From the NCBI GenBank assembly GCA_034780895.1, contig JAUZTB010000084.1:9404670-9468669 (forward strand): a DNA stretch of 64,000 nt. The letters are read 5' to 3'. Below, in pieces: positions 13,345-26,830 of the stretch; positions within the stretch are counted from its first letter, which is position 1; each line of letters begins with the position of its first letter. Made by a program: the position numbers and the translations under genes. The DNA comes from Rhynchobatus australiae (Eukaryota). The notes beneath the pieces were generated by a model. That model made no database searches. It was not told the origin of the DNA and was given only the letters and a program-made list of their open reading frames with translations.

Positions 13345-14790
13345 ATTTTAGACCACAAGACACAGGAGCCGAATCATGGCCTTGCCCTTTAACCCCCGTG
13401 CTCACGTATCCACCCTGTAACCCTTAAACCCGTTAAGAATCAAGACCCTGTCATTCTCTGACTGGAATACAGCAACCGACTTGGCTCCACAGTCCTCCGC
13501 GTCAACAAATTCCACAGATACTCCACACTCTGACTTAAAAAAATCCTCCAGTTTTCAGTTCGAAGGAGACGTCAATTATACTGAGGCTGTGCTGTTGGAT
13601 CCTGGACTCTACCACGACCGGATACATCGTCTATAGGTTCATCCCATCAGGGTCTTTCAGTTTCAGAAATATATCTATTGATTCCCCTCATCCTTCTGAA
13701 CTCCGTCAAGAACAGGCACAAGAGACATCAAATGCTTCTCACGTTTAGCATTTCATTCCTGGGACAATACTTGAGAACCACTTCTGGAACTTCTCTAGGG
13801 CTAGCACAACCTTCCTTAATATGGGGCTCCAAATTTCTCACAATATTCCAAATACTTTCTTAGGAATGGGACTTCCAAACCCCATTGTACCTCTGATTTC
13901 TGAAGTTTCTCCTCATTTAGGAAAATAGTCTACACACTTATCCTTCGTACCAACGCTTATACCCCTGCACTTCCCTTCGCTGTATTCCATCTGCTACATC
14001 TGTGTCCACTCCACCAAACTGTACAAGTCCTTCTGCAGACCCCATGTCTCTGCGACACCAGTTGTTCCTCTGCCTATCGTGGTATAGTCTGCAAACATGG
14101 CCACAATGTGTCAGTTCCTTCAGCCAGATCATTAATGTACAAGAGAAGTTGCGGTGACCTCTGCGGAACTCCACTTGTCACCAGCAGCCAAAGTGAAGAA
14201 AACTCCTTTATTCTCACTCTCGGAGTTCTGCCAATCAATAATCCTTCATCCATGCCAGTACTTTGTCTCTGACACCATGGACTTGTATCTTGGGAAGCAG
14301 CCCTGTCAAAGACCTTCTGAAAACCGGTGTAAATAACGTCAACTGACTCTCCTTTGTCAAACCTGCCTGTGACCTTCAAAAAGAATTCCAACAAGTTTGG
14401 CCGGCGAGATCTCCCGGCTGAACCACGATGACCGTCCTATATTTTCATATACTTCCCAGTGCTTCGGAATTTCATCTTTGGTAAATCTTCCCAACCACCG
14501 AAGTCTGGCTAAACGGCCTCCAATTTCGTGTCGTTTGCGCCCTTCCTTCTTAAACAGCGATGTAACATTTTCGAATTCATACTTCAATGGGACACTCCCC
14601 GACTCCAGTGATCCTCCAACGATCACTACTAATATCTACACAATCTCTTCAACTACTCTTTCAAATCTCTGGATGCAGTCCATCTAATCTAGGTGATTTA
14701 TCAAATTTTAGGCCTTTCAGCTTCCCTAGCACATTTTCCTGAATAATATCCGCTACCGTCCCCTCTGCCCTCTTACTCTCTTGAAGTTAT
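13345..14790 (-). mobile_element. CR1 LINE ORF2 and 3' end
   Basis: NVTSLFKKEGR, FDKGESVDVIYTGFQKVFD and VTSGVPQ motifs on the minus strand. Confidence 0.8.
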
Positions 14791-17099
14791 GGCATGAAAT
14801 ATTTTATATTCATGAAATATCATCGCGGAGATAAGGCAGAGGGACGGTTTGCCAAATTCGACATGTCCACTTTGACGGCACCCTTTCTCGTTCCCTCGAT
14901 AAAGCATCCGGCATAATCAAAGAGTCCTCCCAGCCGATTATTTTCTCTTCTTCCCACCCCCACCCCACCCCCCCCACAACCCAACGGGAAGAAGACACAG
15001 AAGCCTGAAAGAATGAACCAGCAACCTCAATGACAACTTCTGCCTCAGTGCCATAAGAAGGTTGTCTTCTATTGTCAGGATGGAATAGATATCTCGGTGC
15101 AACGCAGTAGTGTTTGGGGAGACCATCCCTGGAGGATGTAGGTCTCCAAATTGAAGCTATATTCTTAAGTCCGAGGCTGCCCTCGGATAGTTCGTAGGAT
15201 CGAACACTGAAGAGTGCGCGATTTCCTGCGGGGAAAGATTAGACAAAACTGCTTGGTATTCAGGAAAGACGCTGAACTGTTCGTGCTGGGACTGACGGGG
15301 TTGATGCTATGATGATATTTCCCCTTGTGAAATGAAACCCGGTCTAGTCCTCGGCTCCAGTAACCCAGGGAGTCATTGATGCTCCGTTGTTGTGCATATT
15401 TGAGGCTGAAATGGATGGGTTATTGGACGATAGAGCAGTCCGGAGTTCTGGGGAACGGTCTGGAAGCTGGAGTTGAAGCTATCAATAAGCTGTGATATTT
15501 TTGAGTGGTGCCCGGGACGGAATACTGCACGGGCATCTCTGCTACCACAATTATTCAACGCACTAAGTGTAACAAGAGGAATGATATCTTCCCGCGGAAT
15601 TTCCACCCAAAGCCAACGAAGACAACATCAAAGAGTCAACAGGACCACGTAAGATAAAATAACGCAGGACCTGGAGTGGGGCGACAAAAAATTATTCTTG
15701 AATTTGCGTGCTTCCACAAATTATTACAAAATTATTGTTTTCGTCGCCATTCTAGCTGCAGTTCCTGGGAGTATGCTACGCCTTCAGGATTGCGAGAAAT
15801 GTTCCTCGAATCCTTGTTTCCGTTTACAATGAAGAACAGATTGGGGAATATGTATCGGGTTGCANNNNNNNNNNNNNNNNNNNNNNNNNNNNNNNNNNNN
15901 NNNNNNNNNNNNNNNNNNNNNNNNNNNNNNNNNNNNNNNNNNNNNNNNNNNNNNNNNNNNNNNNAGAGAGAATAAGAATATATACACGTGTGTTTGGAGA
16001 CCACACGCCCTGCTGCCAGCACTGTCGATTCTCGAGACTCTTGAAACAGTACTAAATGTATAAAATAACAACATTTGGCTGCAGGGCGTAGAACTCGGGT
16101 GTCGTGCGGAGCTATTGCACTGAACCAATATGTGCAGCGCGGTCCCTGCACCCGGCCCAAGTCCAATAATACAGAGGAAAATGTGAAGAGATTAGCTCTC
16201 AACTATCCGTGATTTTCACCTGACTGGTAGCATTTTTGAGACCCTGTAACACAAACACAGTGGTATGTGGTGGGATAATTTGTCTGCGCAGCACGTAATG
16301 GACAGTGTTGGGACACGTTGCGAAGGAAGTCATTGAGTGATGGAGAGCCCACAATCCGAATGTTCAACCCACTGAATAGAATTGTTGCATGCGAATATTT
16401 GTCACATGAACAATAAGGCAGAAAGTGCAAGAATTTTACTTCATAATTGTATTTATCGCGATTAGTTCAAGTAACTCAAAGATTCACTGCATAATTTAAA
16501 TAGTTATTTAGCAGGTTAGTTTCACAACTTTTAAATTACTGAACACTTTAGTTGCTTAAACTCTTTAAGCAACAACTTCCAATTTACTACCCGCTCCAGA
16601 TCGACCTGAATTGACGACTCCTTGCCTGATTCCCTTACTCTGGGGCTTGTTCCTCAGTGTCTGGTCCGTGGAGTCCCTGCTGCTGGTTATCTCGTAAGGC
16701 ACGGTTTTATCGTTTTTTTTTATGCAGTCCATACCTGGCTAAATTCTTCACATCCAACAATGCGGCTATGAATCAACGATTTTCCCTACGTTCGCGCTTC
16801 TTTATCCCCTGCACTATCCCACTGAAAACATTCCAAAGTTATCTCAGCCATCGGTTCCTTAATTAACATGTGTCTATTTATNNNNNNNNNNNNNNNNNNN
16901 NNNNNNNNNNNNNNNNNNNNNNNNNNNNNNNNNNNNNNNNNNNNNNNNNNNNNNNNNNNNNNNNNNNNNNNNNNNNNNNNNTTTGAAAGCCTCCTTCTTA
17001 CTGGATATCAAGTTGCCCGCGACCAAGCTACTCCAATCAACTTTTTAAAACTTTCTGTATCATACCCTCAAACTTTGCCTTGCCCAATTTGGAACTTTA

Positions 17100-18404
17100 A
17101 ATCGTGGAGCAGATCACAATAATCAGAATGGCAGAACAGCATTCTGAGGTGTCAACTGTGGTATCGTCAATAATGATGGAGACAACACTGGCAGAGGAGG
17201 TGCCAAGGGCACACCGGCAGAGGAGAAGTGCTGCACTGTCGGAGGATCAACACAGAGGATCCAGTACTGATGCAGCTACAGTGCTGACAATTATATAAAA
17301 TGTCCTGTCAGCCATCATTCCTGATAAAGAAATCAATAGAAGGTTCTTCTAGCTGAAACATTAACTCAATTTCTCCTACTACGTTTCTCTCTGGTCGTAC
17401 TGAAATGTTCCAGTAATTTCTACCTTATTCGCAACTTGCAGTATCCATAATTTTGGTAGTTTCAGTGCAATTAAGGCGGAGTTTTGTGAGTGGAAAAACG
17501 CTGAAGGATAGGGCTGAGGGTGTGTTCACCATGATCGGGTCAAATTGTAGTAGGGGCGGCCTGTGAGATTGCCACTGTCGGAGGGCAATTGGGTAGGGAA
17601 TATTCCATTGTTGCAGGGGCTTTTGAAAGAGCGATCTCAATTTTTGCGTCAGTTCCAAGGAAATGCTGCACTTCCAGTGCGTCAGGGCTTAGATAACGCA
17701 ACATTTCCGGTGCGTGAGTGAAGTGGGATTGCATCAGTGTCCGATGGCCGATAAGGAGAGATCGCCAGGTGTTCAGTGAGGCAAAACTGAGGGAGCGCCG
17801 TGTGATAAGAAACGTCGCGCGGAGGGAAGGTCGTATGTTCGCAAAGACAGAACAGAAGGAATGCCGCACGATCGGAGGGACAGTACTGATATGGAACTCT
17901 ATGGTCGGAGCACCAGTGCTGCGACGATGCCGTCCAGTCAGAGACTGACTCATCCGCCATGAATGCCCTGGTAAAGAGCAGGAAGCAGAGCCAGCGCTGT
18001 CATCGCCTCGGGAAAGTCGTTCAGATTTTGGAGCGTTTCATCTTCGCAGACTATGGTTCTTCTCCCGTCCACTGCTACTATTTTGAGCGGCATCTCAGGG
18101 ATTGACTCCCACCGGAGGGAAATCACGGGACAACTGTGATTGACAGTTGTGTCAGGGAGGGCAGGCGATGGTATTGCATGAGTTAGAACGCAGGGTGATG
18201 GCCCGTTTTCTCCCACACTCGAAACGTAGAGCAAACTGCAACATCTCTTACTGTTCCAACCCATCAACCGGTTGAACATGAGTGCTGTTAATTCATCACC
18301 CTCTGGGCGAGACAGGATCGAGCGATTGGTGCATGGAGAGAATAGCATACTGAGTCCATTACTGCTGGATGTGGCGTTTCAGAGGTTTAACTGAGGTCAC
18401 AAAC
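17100..18404 (-). pseudogene. Possible decayed cadherin-repeat sequence
   Basis: Acceptor-like ttgtttccag| ending at 18405. Frameshifted fragments LYVSSVGENGP..VLT, ISLRWESIPEMPLKIVAVDG..NLNDFPE, LHSRTGNVALSKP/D and SSASVVSIIIDD resemble EC-repeat consensus. Many stops. Confidence 0.35.
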
Positions 18405-18763
18405 CTGGAAACAACATACCTAATGAGCACTGTCGAGTATGAAGTGGAATTTTAGGACGAAATGTAACTCTTATTCGACATTTCTGAAAGGTCTACTGGA
18501 AGTTTTCTATGTCCACATTACAGTGTACCACTTTAATGTTTCATCCGCAATCAATTCTACAGTTAAAAATTGGATTACTTCTGATGTGAGATTTTTCAAA
18601 GTTACGGACGTTCTCTCGTTGCGCTTGGAGTGAAAAACTTTCCCACAAGAACATGCACACTTTTGTTTCTCGTGTTTCGCTCCAATTCAATAGCAAAAAT
18701 AATTAGAATTCCAAAGATAACCATATAATAACGGTCAAGGTGATCAGATCCTATTGGTAAGCA

Positions 18764-18817
18764 ACTGTCATTAATCTCCTAATATGTGAGACTGTCATTA
18801 ATCTCCTAATATGTGAG
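18764..18817. repeat. Perfect 27-bp tandem duplication
   Basis: actgtcattaatctcctaatatgtgag x2. Confidence 0.95.
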
Positions 18818-19806
18818 ACATTGGCAAGTGCCTTTATTTCCAATCAAGTCACAAAATCATATTCGATGNNNNNNNNNNNNNNNNNNNNNNNNNNNNNNNN
18901 NNNNNNNNNNNNNNNNNNNNNNNNNNNNNNNNNNNNNNNNNNNNNNNNNNNNNNNNNNNNNNNNNNNNTGAAGTACTTGATGAAATTAAGAATGAATGTG
19001 AAAGAGAACTCCAGATAATTTTACCTACAGAGACATGGAGGAACATTCTTCAATTAGTTAATACATCTTCAATGTGTGCTGGACACTTTTGATACTGTCA
19101 CAGTGTTGAGCAAAGATCGAGTTCGCAGGGAACACAAATGCAGCACACTGGTACAACTATCCGAAGAGTTTTGGAATCAATTAAGATGGACGGCACTATC
19201 GGACGCCATTAGTCTGACGTTTTCCCGGGAATATCGGAACAGCACCAAGCAAGCTCATCCCACCTTCAAGCACCAGATTCTGAGGGTACGAAGTTGTAGT
19301 GCTTCAACCGAATATCCAAAAAAAGGATGGTAGACAATTTCTACTTCGCCCGTCTTTCAGAGAGTGAGTTCCAGACCCGACCACTCTATACATTACAAAG
19401 AAACACCCAGCTTCTCTCTGCACCTGCTAACAATTATTTTAACACGTTTTCCCAGATTTTCAAAGTGCTACTGCGAAAGAATCGTCCTTTCTTTCCCTCT
19501 GAATTGAATTTGTCTGTTGAATAATACACACAAAGTAATAGGTGCGGACAGTGTCGTCAGTGACTAGTTCATGAATCTGAGTCCTTCCTCAATGAGGCCC
19601 TTGCTACAATCTCGAATGTGACAGAGAGTTTCGTGGGGTGTAAAAGATTAGCCAGAGATTCTATATCTTCACGGTCTGTTCAGTGTCACCAGTGCCTATG
19701 TCTGAACTCACTGNNNNNNNNNNCATGCAGACTGATTCGTCGCTGTTGGGGATTCTTCACTCGCTGAGACGTGCGTTGTTGATTGTAATTCGAGTTACTG
19801 AGTCAG

Positions 19807-21712
19807 ATTCACCACTGTCGATATCAGAAAGAAACCCCGTAATATATGATTGCGTATCCGGTAAGAAAAATACTCCACTAAAGAACGTACTGATTTCCCC
19901 ACTCCCTGAGTCTCTTCACGCGGATAAGGATATCACGAGTTAAGTTGTAACAACTTCGATAATTTTTTGAAAGGGGAAAACCGGAAATCTCACAGTTACG
20001 AATATGAGTATATTGTAGAACGATAATAGAGGCTTAGAGATTTTTAATATACTCAACAATCTTATTTCGCTCCACAGGATGCTTTAAAGCCTTTCACATT
20101 GAAATTAATATATTAATAACTCAATCCATTGTAATATTGTTTAAATGCAGGTAGGAAGAGAGTGATGAACAAACCATACTGGAATGTACCATCGACAACT
20201 GGAGTTTCAGGTAAGGTAACTAAGCAACAGCTTTGGCTGACAGCCCAAAACAGATTTTCAGGTAAAAAAAAAAACAACCCCTGCCACTACCCAAAGACAA
20301 CAGGCCAGCAAAGAAGCATCTGAAACCTACCTAAAGACAAATTAACCAAAAATACCTCTGCTGAATAACTTCAAAGTTAGTTAAATTCCAACCCAGTCAT
20401 AACAATGAAATAGACAAAAAACACGATTACAAATGTAAATAACAAGTGTCCTTAGTTCAACGCAGCTTTTACATGTTCTTTTTTTCTCATTTCAAAATGT
20501 CTTTTTTTTTAAAAAAAGGGGATTTAAATAAAGGACCGGGAGATAAAACGCAGAAAACATAAGCATCTTAATTGGCTTCGAAAAAAAATAGAAAACAGAA
20601 AATGCTCATGGAAAGGAGTCCGAAATCATTCAGCGGGAGTTTGCAGAAATAAAATAGGATTGTTCGGTCGATCGAAACTATTTCTGCGAAGCATTTTTCA
20701 GTATAATTCTGAGTCTTACAGGGTAACAAAGAGACGGTTTGTACCCTTTCTGGTACAGATTCGACATAACCTTTTTATTTAATGTATCCTGTTCCTTCAT
20801 AACATCAGGTGAGTAATCTTCAACGATTGTGATCTGACATTCTTGATAGTTAATTATTCCTCTTCGACGTGCTTCACAAATTAGAAGCTCTTCAGTTTGA
20901 AAGTCATGGAGAGAGATGATGATTGTCTAAGTTTGACTTGCGAATGGAGTTTAGAAGGGGGTAACCTGTGTGATCGCTCAATCTCAGGCAAAGATTCTAG
21001 AATACCAGGCAATAACTTGAGTCCAAAGCTTTGCAAAGAATTCTGTAGGTTGGTTACCTTCAGCCTTCTCTGTTAATCCTAGAATTCGGAGATTAGATCT
21101 TCTGCTCCTGTTTTCTAAATCAGTAATCTCCGTCTTTAATCTTTCATATCTTTCACTTCCTTTTTACAAAGATTCTGTAAGTCATCAATTTTCCCATCCA
21201 ATACCGAAGGATTGGTTTCATTCACTTTAATTCGTCCTTCATGATCTCCCAGGACTCTTTGAATAGAGTCGAATTTGGAATTAAGCTGTTGAAGCTGCTC
21301 GAAAATATCCTCCAGAGTTGCAGGAGGAACATCTTCCTTCGTGATTTTCATAGGCTTAGCACCCCTTGTATTCATAATAACATAAAATACGGTTTAAATT
21401 TACTACTGAGGATGAACAGATTTCAAAACGGGTTGAGTAAGTTAAATATATTGAAAGCAGCAGAAAATATCTGTTACTCCATCAACGGCCAGCAGAGACT
21501 CTCTTGGAAGTATCAATATGTCAGTTCGGGACTCGCTTCGTGTCAGTTCTTCCAACAGTTTGTCATTTTGCTCCGGATTCTTTCATCGCCATTCACCTGT
21601 GTCTCCTTTAATTCCAATTGTTGCAGTGCAGTCAGTCACTACCTCAGAACTAAACGTTTCTTTTCATACTGAATCTCTCAGAGCACACCCATTGCTCCCG
21701 CCCTACCTCTAA
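19807..21712 (+). CDS. Tentative 3' exons of an unknown gene (19807-19860, 20151-20210, 21627-21712)
   Basis: Two symmetric phase-1 exons with g|gtaag donors, then a terminal exon with a good acceptor, TAA, and AATAAA at 21768-21773. The joined frame is open. Confidence 0.3.
20630..21375 (-). mobile_element. LINE-1 ORF1p (Transposase_22-like), disrupted; ORF2 not present
   Basis: Coiled-coil region, then DLENRSRRSNLRILGL..EGNQPTEFF..PEIERSHR, with stops and frameshifts. Confidence 0.85.
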
Positions 21713-22984
21713 AGACGGCGGAACAGTTCAGTTATCAAAGCTTTGATTCTGTGTCAGACGCAGACACAATAAAACCATAGTTCACAGCAGTGATTAATAT
21801 CAAACATATTGTCACCTTTATTCAACCTTGCCAGTCTATTATGTACGAAAGGATTTCGCTGACGTCCGTCCATATGAAGATACACACATATTCAATCATT
21901 GCATGCACACTGTTTGAAAGCAAAGCTTTCACAACAAGTTAGCCCAACTACATATAAATTTTATAACTGGCTGTGTTCGCACTTGCTGGTCGTTTGAATC
22001 ATGTTCCTAAATCAGACACCCACTCCGAGCCATTTGGAGATTGGTTTTCTGATCCAAACCATTGAAATTGTAGTTGCGCAAGGCAAGCACACATGCGCAG
22101 ATACCACTCAAATTCCATGAGTGAAATTCTGGGTCGGGACAGATGACCATGGAAGCAAGCATCGTGAGAGACAATTTCCAGAATTGGAATTAAATACCAA
22201 TTTCCACCAACTGCAACTGAGACAGCGGCTTACGAGGAAATGCCTCGTATCGGAAAGATTGCTAAATATCCTATTTCATTGATAAGCTGTGACTTCTGCT
22301 GTTCTGATATCCAGAGCTCCGGCAGACACATTGATCGGATGTCCCCTAATAGATTCGGATTTATACAGAGGATCATTCTGCGGTTGATATGTTACANNNN
22401 NNNNNNNNNNNNNNNNNNNNNNNNNNNNNNNNNNNNNNNNNNNNNNNNNNNNNNNNNNNNNNNNNNNNNNNNNNNNNNNNNNNNNNNNNNNNNNNNNNNN
22501 NNNNNNNNNNNNNNNNNNNNNNNNNNNNNNNNNNNNNNNNNNNNNNNNNNNNNNNNNNNNNNNNNNNNNNNNNNNNNNNNNNNNNNNNNNNNNNNNNNNN
22601 NNNNNNNNNNNNNNNNNNNNNNNNNNNNNNNNNNNNNNNNNNNNNNNNNNNNNNNNNNNNNNNNNNNNNNNNNNNNNNNNNNNNNNNNNNNNNNNNNNNN
22701 NNNNNNNNNNNNNNNNNNNNNNNNNNNNNNNNNNNNNNNNNNNNNNNNNNNNNNNNNNNNNNNNNNNNNNNNNNNNNNNNNNNNNNNNNNNNNNNNNNNN
22801 NNNNNNNNNNATCTGTAATATTTTTTGCTAACCAGGGAACAAGAATATTAGAAAAAAAAGATTTTTAAAAATCGACTGTATATCCGTCAAAGCCAGGTGT
22901 TTTAACCCGAGTTGTTTCCCTTAACCAGAGGTAGAATTTACCTTAACAACTAGGGTTCATGATCTCCATCAGATTTGTCTTGTA

Positions 22985-24139
22985 GTTTTACAGGAAAATA
23001 TAGTTCTTGAACGCTGGCCATGTGACTTTTGGAAACTTTCCACTTTCCAAGGTCCCTTCCCAAGAAAAGAAACAGTTTACGTCAATATTTGCAATATTTC
23101 TCATACCGTCCAAATTTGCCTTGCCCCGATTCGGAACTCGAACCTACGGATCGGTTCTGTCCCTTTCCAGAATTACTTTAAAACCAACAGAACTGTGGTT
23201 ACTGGCTCAAAAGTGTTCCCTTACCGTAACCTCAATCACTTGCGCTTCCATATTTCCCAGGAGTAGAGCAAGCTTTGCCCCTTCCCCGGTAGGGCCCGTA
23301 CATACTGCCTGCGTAAACTTTCCTGAACACACTGAATAAATGCCACCCATGGAGACATTTAAAACTGTGGCAATGTCACATAACGTTCGGGAAAGTTAAA
23401 CTGTCCTCCGATTACACCACCATTATTCTTACAACAATCCCCAATCTCCCTGCACATCTGTTCCTCTAATTCCCGAGGACTATTTGGAGGCCAATAATAA
23501 CATGCCAATAAGGTGTTCACCCCGTTCTTATTTCTCATTTCCACTTATAAATCCTCATCTGATGATCCATTAGAACTATCATCTCTGTCTACTGTCTTCA
23601 GTAGTATCTACTCGAACGACTGTCGTGATGGTCCCCTTCATCCAAAAGGCAACTCCCCCTCCGCTGTACGTCCATCTCACATAAAGTGCTTGCATCTTGG
23701 AATATGAATCTGCCACTCATGCCCTCTTAGCTATGTTTCCATAATGGCAAAAATATCCCAACCCCTAAGTTCCTCCTCCTTTCCAGTCAGACCTCTTGCA
23801 TTGAAGGAAATGTAATCCTTTAACCCTTTAGCAATTTAACCCAACCGACTTTACTCGCTCTTTGCCCCACTACTTCCTGACCTGCTGTTCAATTTCATCT
23901 CGCTGTCTTCTCTATATGGATATGCTACTTCTCAATTACCTTACTTCTACGAGGGATCGTACCCCCTGCCAATGTAGGTTGAACCCTCCCTTGTAGCTCG
24001 GGAAAATTGCCCCGCGATGGTTTTGGTCCCTTCCAGTTTAGGTGTACCCCGTCCTACTTTTACAAGTCGACTCTGTCCGAGAAGAGATTATAATGGTCCG
24101 ATTTCCAAATCACTGCTCTCTGCACCAATGAATAACGCC
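22985..24139 (-). mobile_element. CR1 LINE 5' part (ORF1 end and endonuclease), copy A
   Basis: EMRNKNGVNTLLACYYWPPNSPRELEEQMCREI..GQFNFP matches a CR1 APE domain. Confidence 0.8.
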
Positions 24140-24239
24140 NNNNNNNNNNNNNNNNNNNNNNNNNNNNNNNNNNNNNNNNNNNNNNNNNNNNNNNNNNNNN
24201 NNNNNNNNNNNNNNNNNNNNNNNNNNNNNNNNNNNNNNN

Positions 24240-26830
24240 AATTTCTTCTCAATCTGCACAGATCGAAGGGACGTCAGAAGGCCTTGTCTCTCCGTCCCTG
24301 CAGTTTCTCGGTTCAGGATGTGCACTTCCATTCTTCAGTGGTTCAACCCTTTCCTCGCCGCTCACTCTTTGCAACGTATCGAAAGCACCGCTGTCCGTGT
24401 GCGTTTTATCTCAAATTTCTGTCTTGAGTATACTGAGGCATCCTCAATAGATCTCCAGTAACACACATGATCCCAGCTGCCCGTTACTGTCCCACACCCC
24501 TTCTTTCTCTTAAGCAGAGTAACAATTTCCCTTACAGCCCCCAGCAGTTTTTCATTTTACTTTAACCGGAAAATGTAGTTCTTGAATTTTTGCCATATCA
24601 CTTTTAGAAAGCTTCCACACTCAGAGGTCCCTTTCCTAGAAAATAAAACAACTCAGTCAATGTTTGGATGCCTCTGCCTGATACCGTCAAAATTTACCTT
24701 GCCCCAATTCGGAACTTGGACCTGCGGATCAGTTCTGCACCTTTCCATAATTACTTTAAAACCAACAGAATTGTGATCACTGGTCTCAAAATGCTCCCTA
24801 CCGTGAACTCAGTCACTTGCTCTTCCATATTTCCCAGGAGTACATCAAGCTTTGCCCCTTCCCTGGTCGGGCCCCCTATAAACTCCCTGAATAAACTTAC
24901 CTAACACACTGAATGAATCCCACCCATCTAGACGTTTAACACTTTGGCAATGCCAGACAATGCTCGGAAGTTAAACACCATTTATTCTCCGATGACAACA
25001 CCATTATTCTTAAAACTCTCCCCAATCACTCTGAACATCTGTTCCTCTAATTCCGAGGACACACTTCGGAGCCAACAGTAACATACCAACAAGGTGGTCA
25101 CCTCCTTCTTATTTCTCAGTTCCACTGATAAATCCTCATCAGATGATCCATAAGGAATATCATCTCTGGCTACTGTCTTCAGTAATATCTTCTCTAACGA
25201 CTGTCGTGATGTTCCCTGTTGTGTGGGAAAGGGTCTTTTGGAATTTTAAAGAGAGAGAACTCTGGTCACAGCCTTTGGATTTTAAAATTCGTTTAATCAC
25301 AAAGGCAAAAGTGGGGACAGAATGAATAGGAGCACATTCACACTCACACACACATACAGGAGAGTGCGAACGTAAAGGAGAATCTCAACGAGGAAGAAAC
25401 AGACACAGCCACTCACACACACAAACACACAATAAACGAGGTACAGCTTCTCAAGGGCTGAACACTTCAATGCTTTAATAGGCTGACAAAAAAAGCATTG
25501 GCCATAACACGCCCTGGAAACTGACGAAGACGGTTACAAACCACGTGGTGGTGCACACTCTTAGCAGTGGCATCTGCAGGGTTGTCTCACTTTTCCTGGG
25601 GCAGTCGAAAGAGAGAGACAAGGGGGTTGCAATACTCTTTATAGTGTTGGGAGGCTGGGTGGACCTGGCCATGTGACGTAGGTAGGTCAATGGTTTGGAG
25701 GTCAAGGACAAAGTGCTTGCCACGGACAATGGTTAAGCAGGGTCAGGAACAAAGGTAATTCTCCAAAACGAATCCCTATGCCTACAGCTAATGGGTGGGT
25801 GGAAACCACACCTTGATTGACAGTGGTGTCACTTCCGATCTGAGGAGAAGTGCTGTGCTTCGACCAGCGGGGTCTGTTTAATTACAGTCACGTGACAGCC
25901 ATGTGCTCTCCGACCACATTTCCCTTCATCAAAAAGGCAACTCCTCCTTCTCTCTTCGCTTCACGTCTATCTCACATAAAGTGCTTCTGTCTTGGAATAT
26001 TAATCTGCTGCTCTTGTCCTGTTTGCCATTTTTCCATAACAGCGAAAATAACCCAGTCCCTAAGTTCATCCGCCTTACCTATCATACCAATTGCATTGCA
26101 GTAAATTTAACCGTTCAACCCTTCAACATTTAACCCAGCCGACTGTACTCGCTCTTCGCCATACTCCCTTGCCTACCTGTTAGATTTGATCTCGCTGTCT
26201 TCTCTATCGCTATGCTGCCTCTCAGTTACCTCACTCCTACATCGGATCGCACCCCTGCCAATGTAAATTCAACCGTCCCTTGTAGCTCGAGCAAATCACT
26301 CCGCGAGGATATTGCTCCCCTTCCAGTTTAGGTGTAAAACGTCCCACTTACACAGATCATAATTCTCCAAAAACTAAATCGCTGCCCTCTGCACCAATTA
26401 TTCAGCCACGCCAGATCCTCCGATTATTTTCTTCACTAGCTCGTGACACTTATATCAGTCAGAGGTTACTACGCTGGAGGTCCTACTTACCTGCTGACCG
26501 AATTCCCTATATTCCTTATTCACGGCTTAGTCCCTATTTCTACCAATGTCCTATGTGCGAAAGTGCACAACTTCTGATTGTTTAAACATCCGAATGAGAA
26601 TGTTCTGCAGTCGCTCTGAAACTCAGGAGGTTCTGCATCCGCAAACGTGAATCCAAGATGATACGTTGCCTCCTTGATGTCAGGGTCAAGAATGTCTCCC
26701 ACTAATATTAATACCCTGACAATCCAGATTCCTATTATTCACTTTTCCCCACTGCGCCACAGAGCCAGTAACGGTGCCACGATCTTAACTGCGACTCCTT
26801 TCTACTGCAAGGACATTGCCCCTGCACTCT
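24240..26830 (-). mobile_element. CR1 LINE 5' part, copy B, interrupted by an LTR
   Basis: Colinear with copy A (24545-25216 and 25919-26400). Esterase-like ORF1 remnants extend further. Confidence 0.75.
25217..25918 (-). mobile_element. Solo LTR (702 bp) inserted in CR1
   Basis: TG...CA termini; flanks gttccc/tttccc form a near-perfect TSD. Absent from the homologous site in copy A. TATAAA on minus at 25638-25643. Confidence 0.8.

Noticed and set aside
15725-15775. Hydrophobic KIIVFVAILAAVPG resembling a leader or GPCR exon 1
   Set aside because: No in-frame ATG and no GT donor at the expected place.
17155-17287. Cys-rich minus frame ending CPWHLLCQCCLHHY
   Set aside because: Spacing does not fit defensins; probably an alternate frame of the relic.
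17665-17760. LDL-receptor class A-like reading on plus (HFQC..FRC..WDC..SDG)
   Set aside because: Needs several frameshifts. The minus-strand cadherin-like reading explains more of the block.
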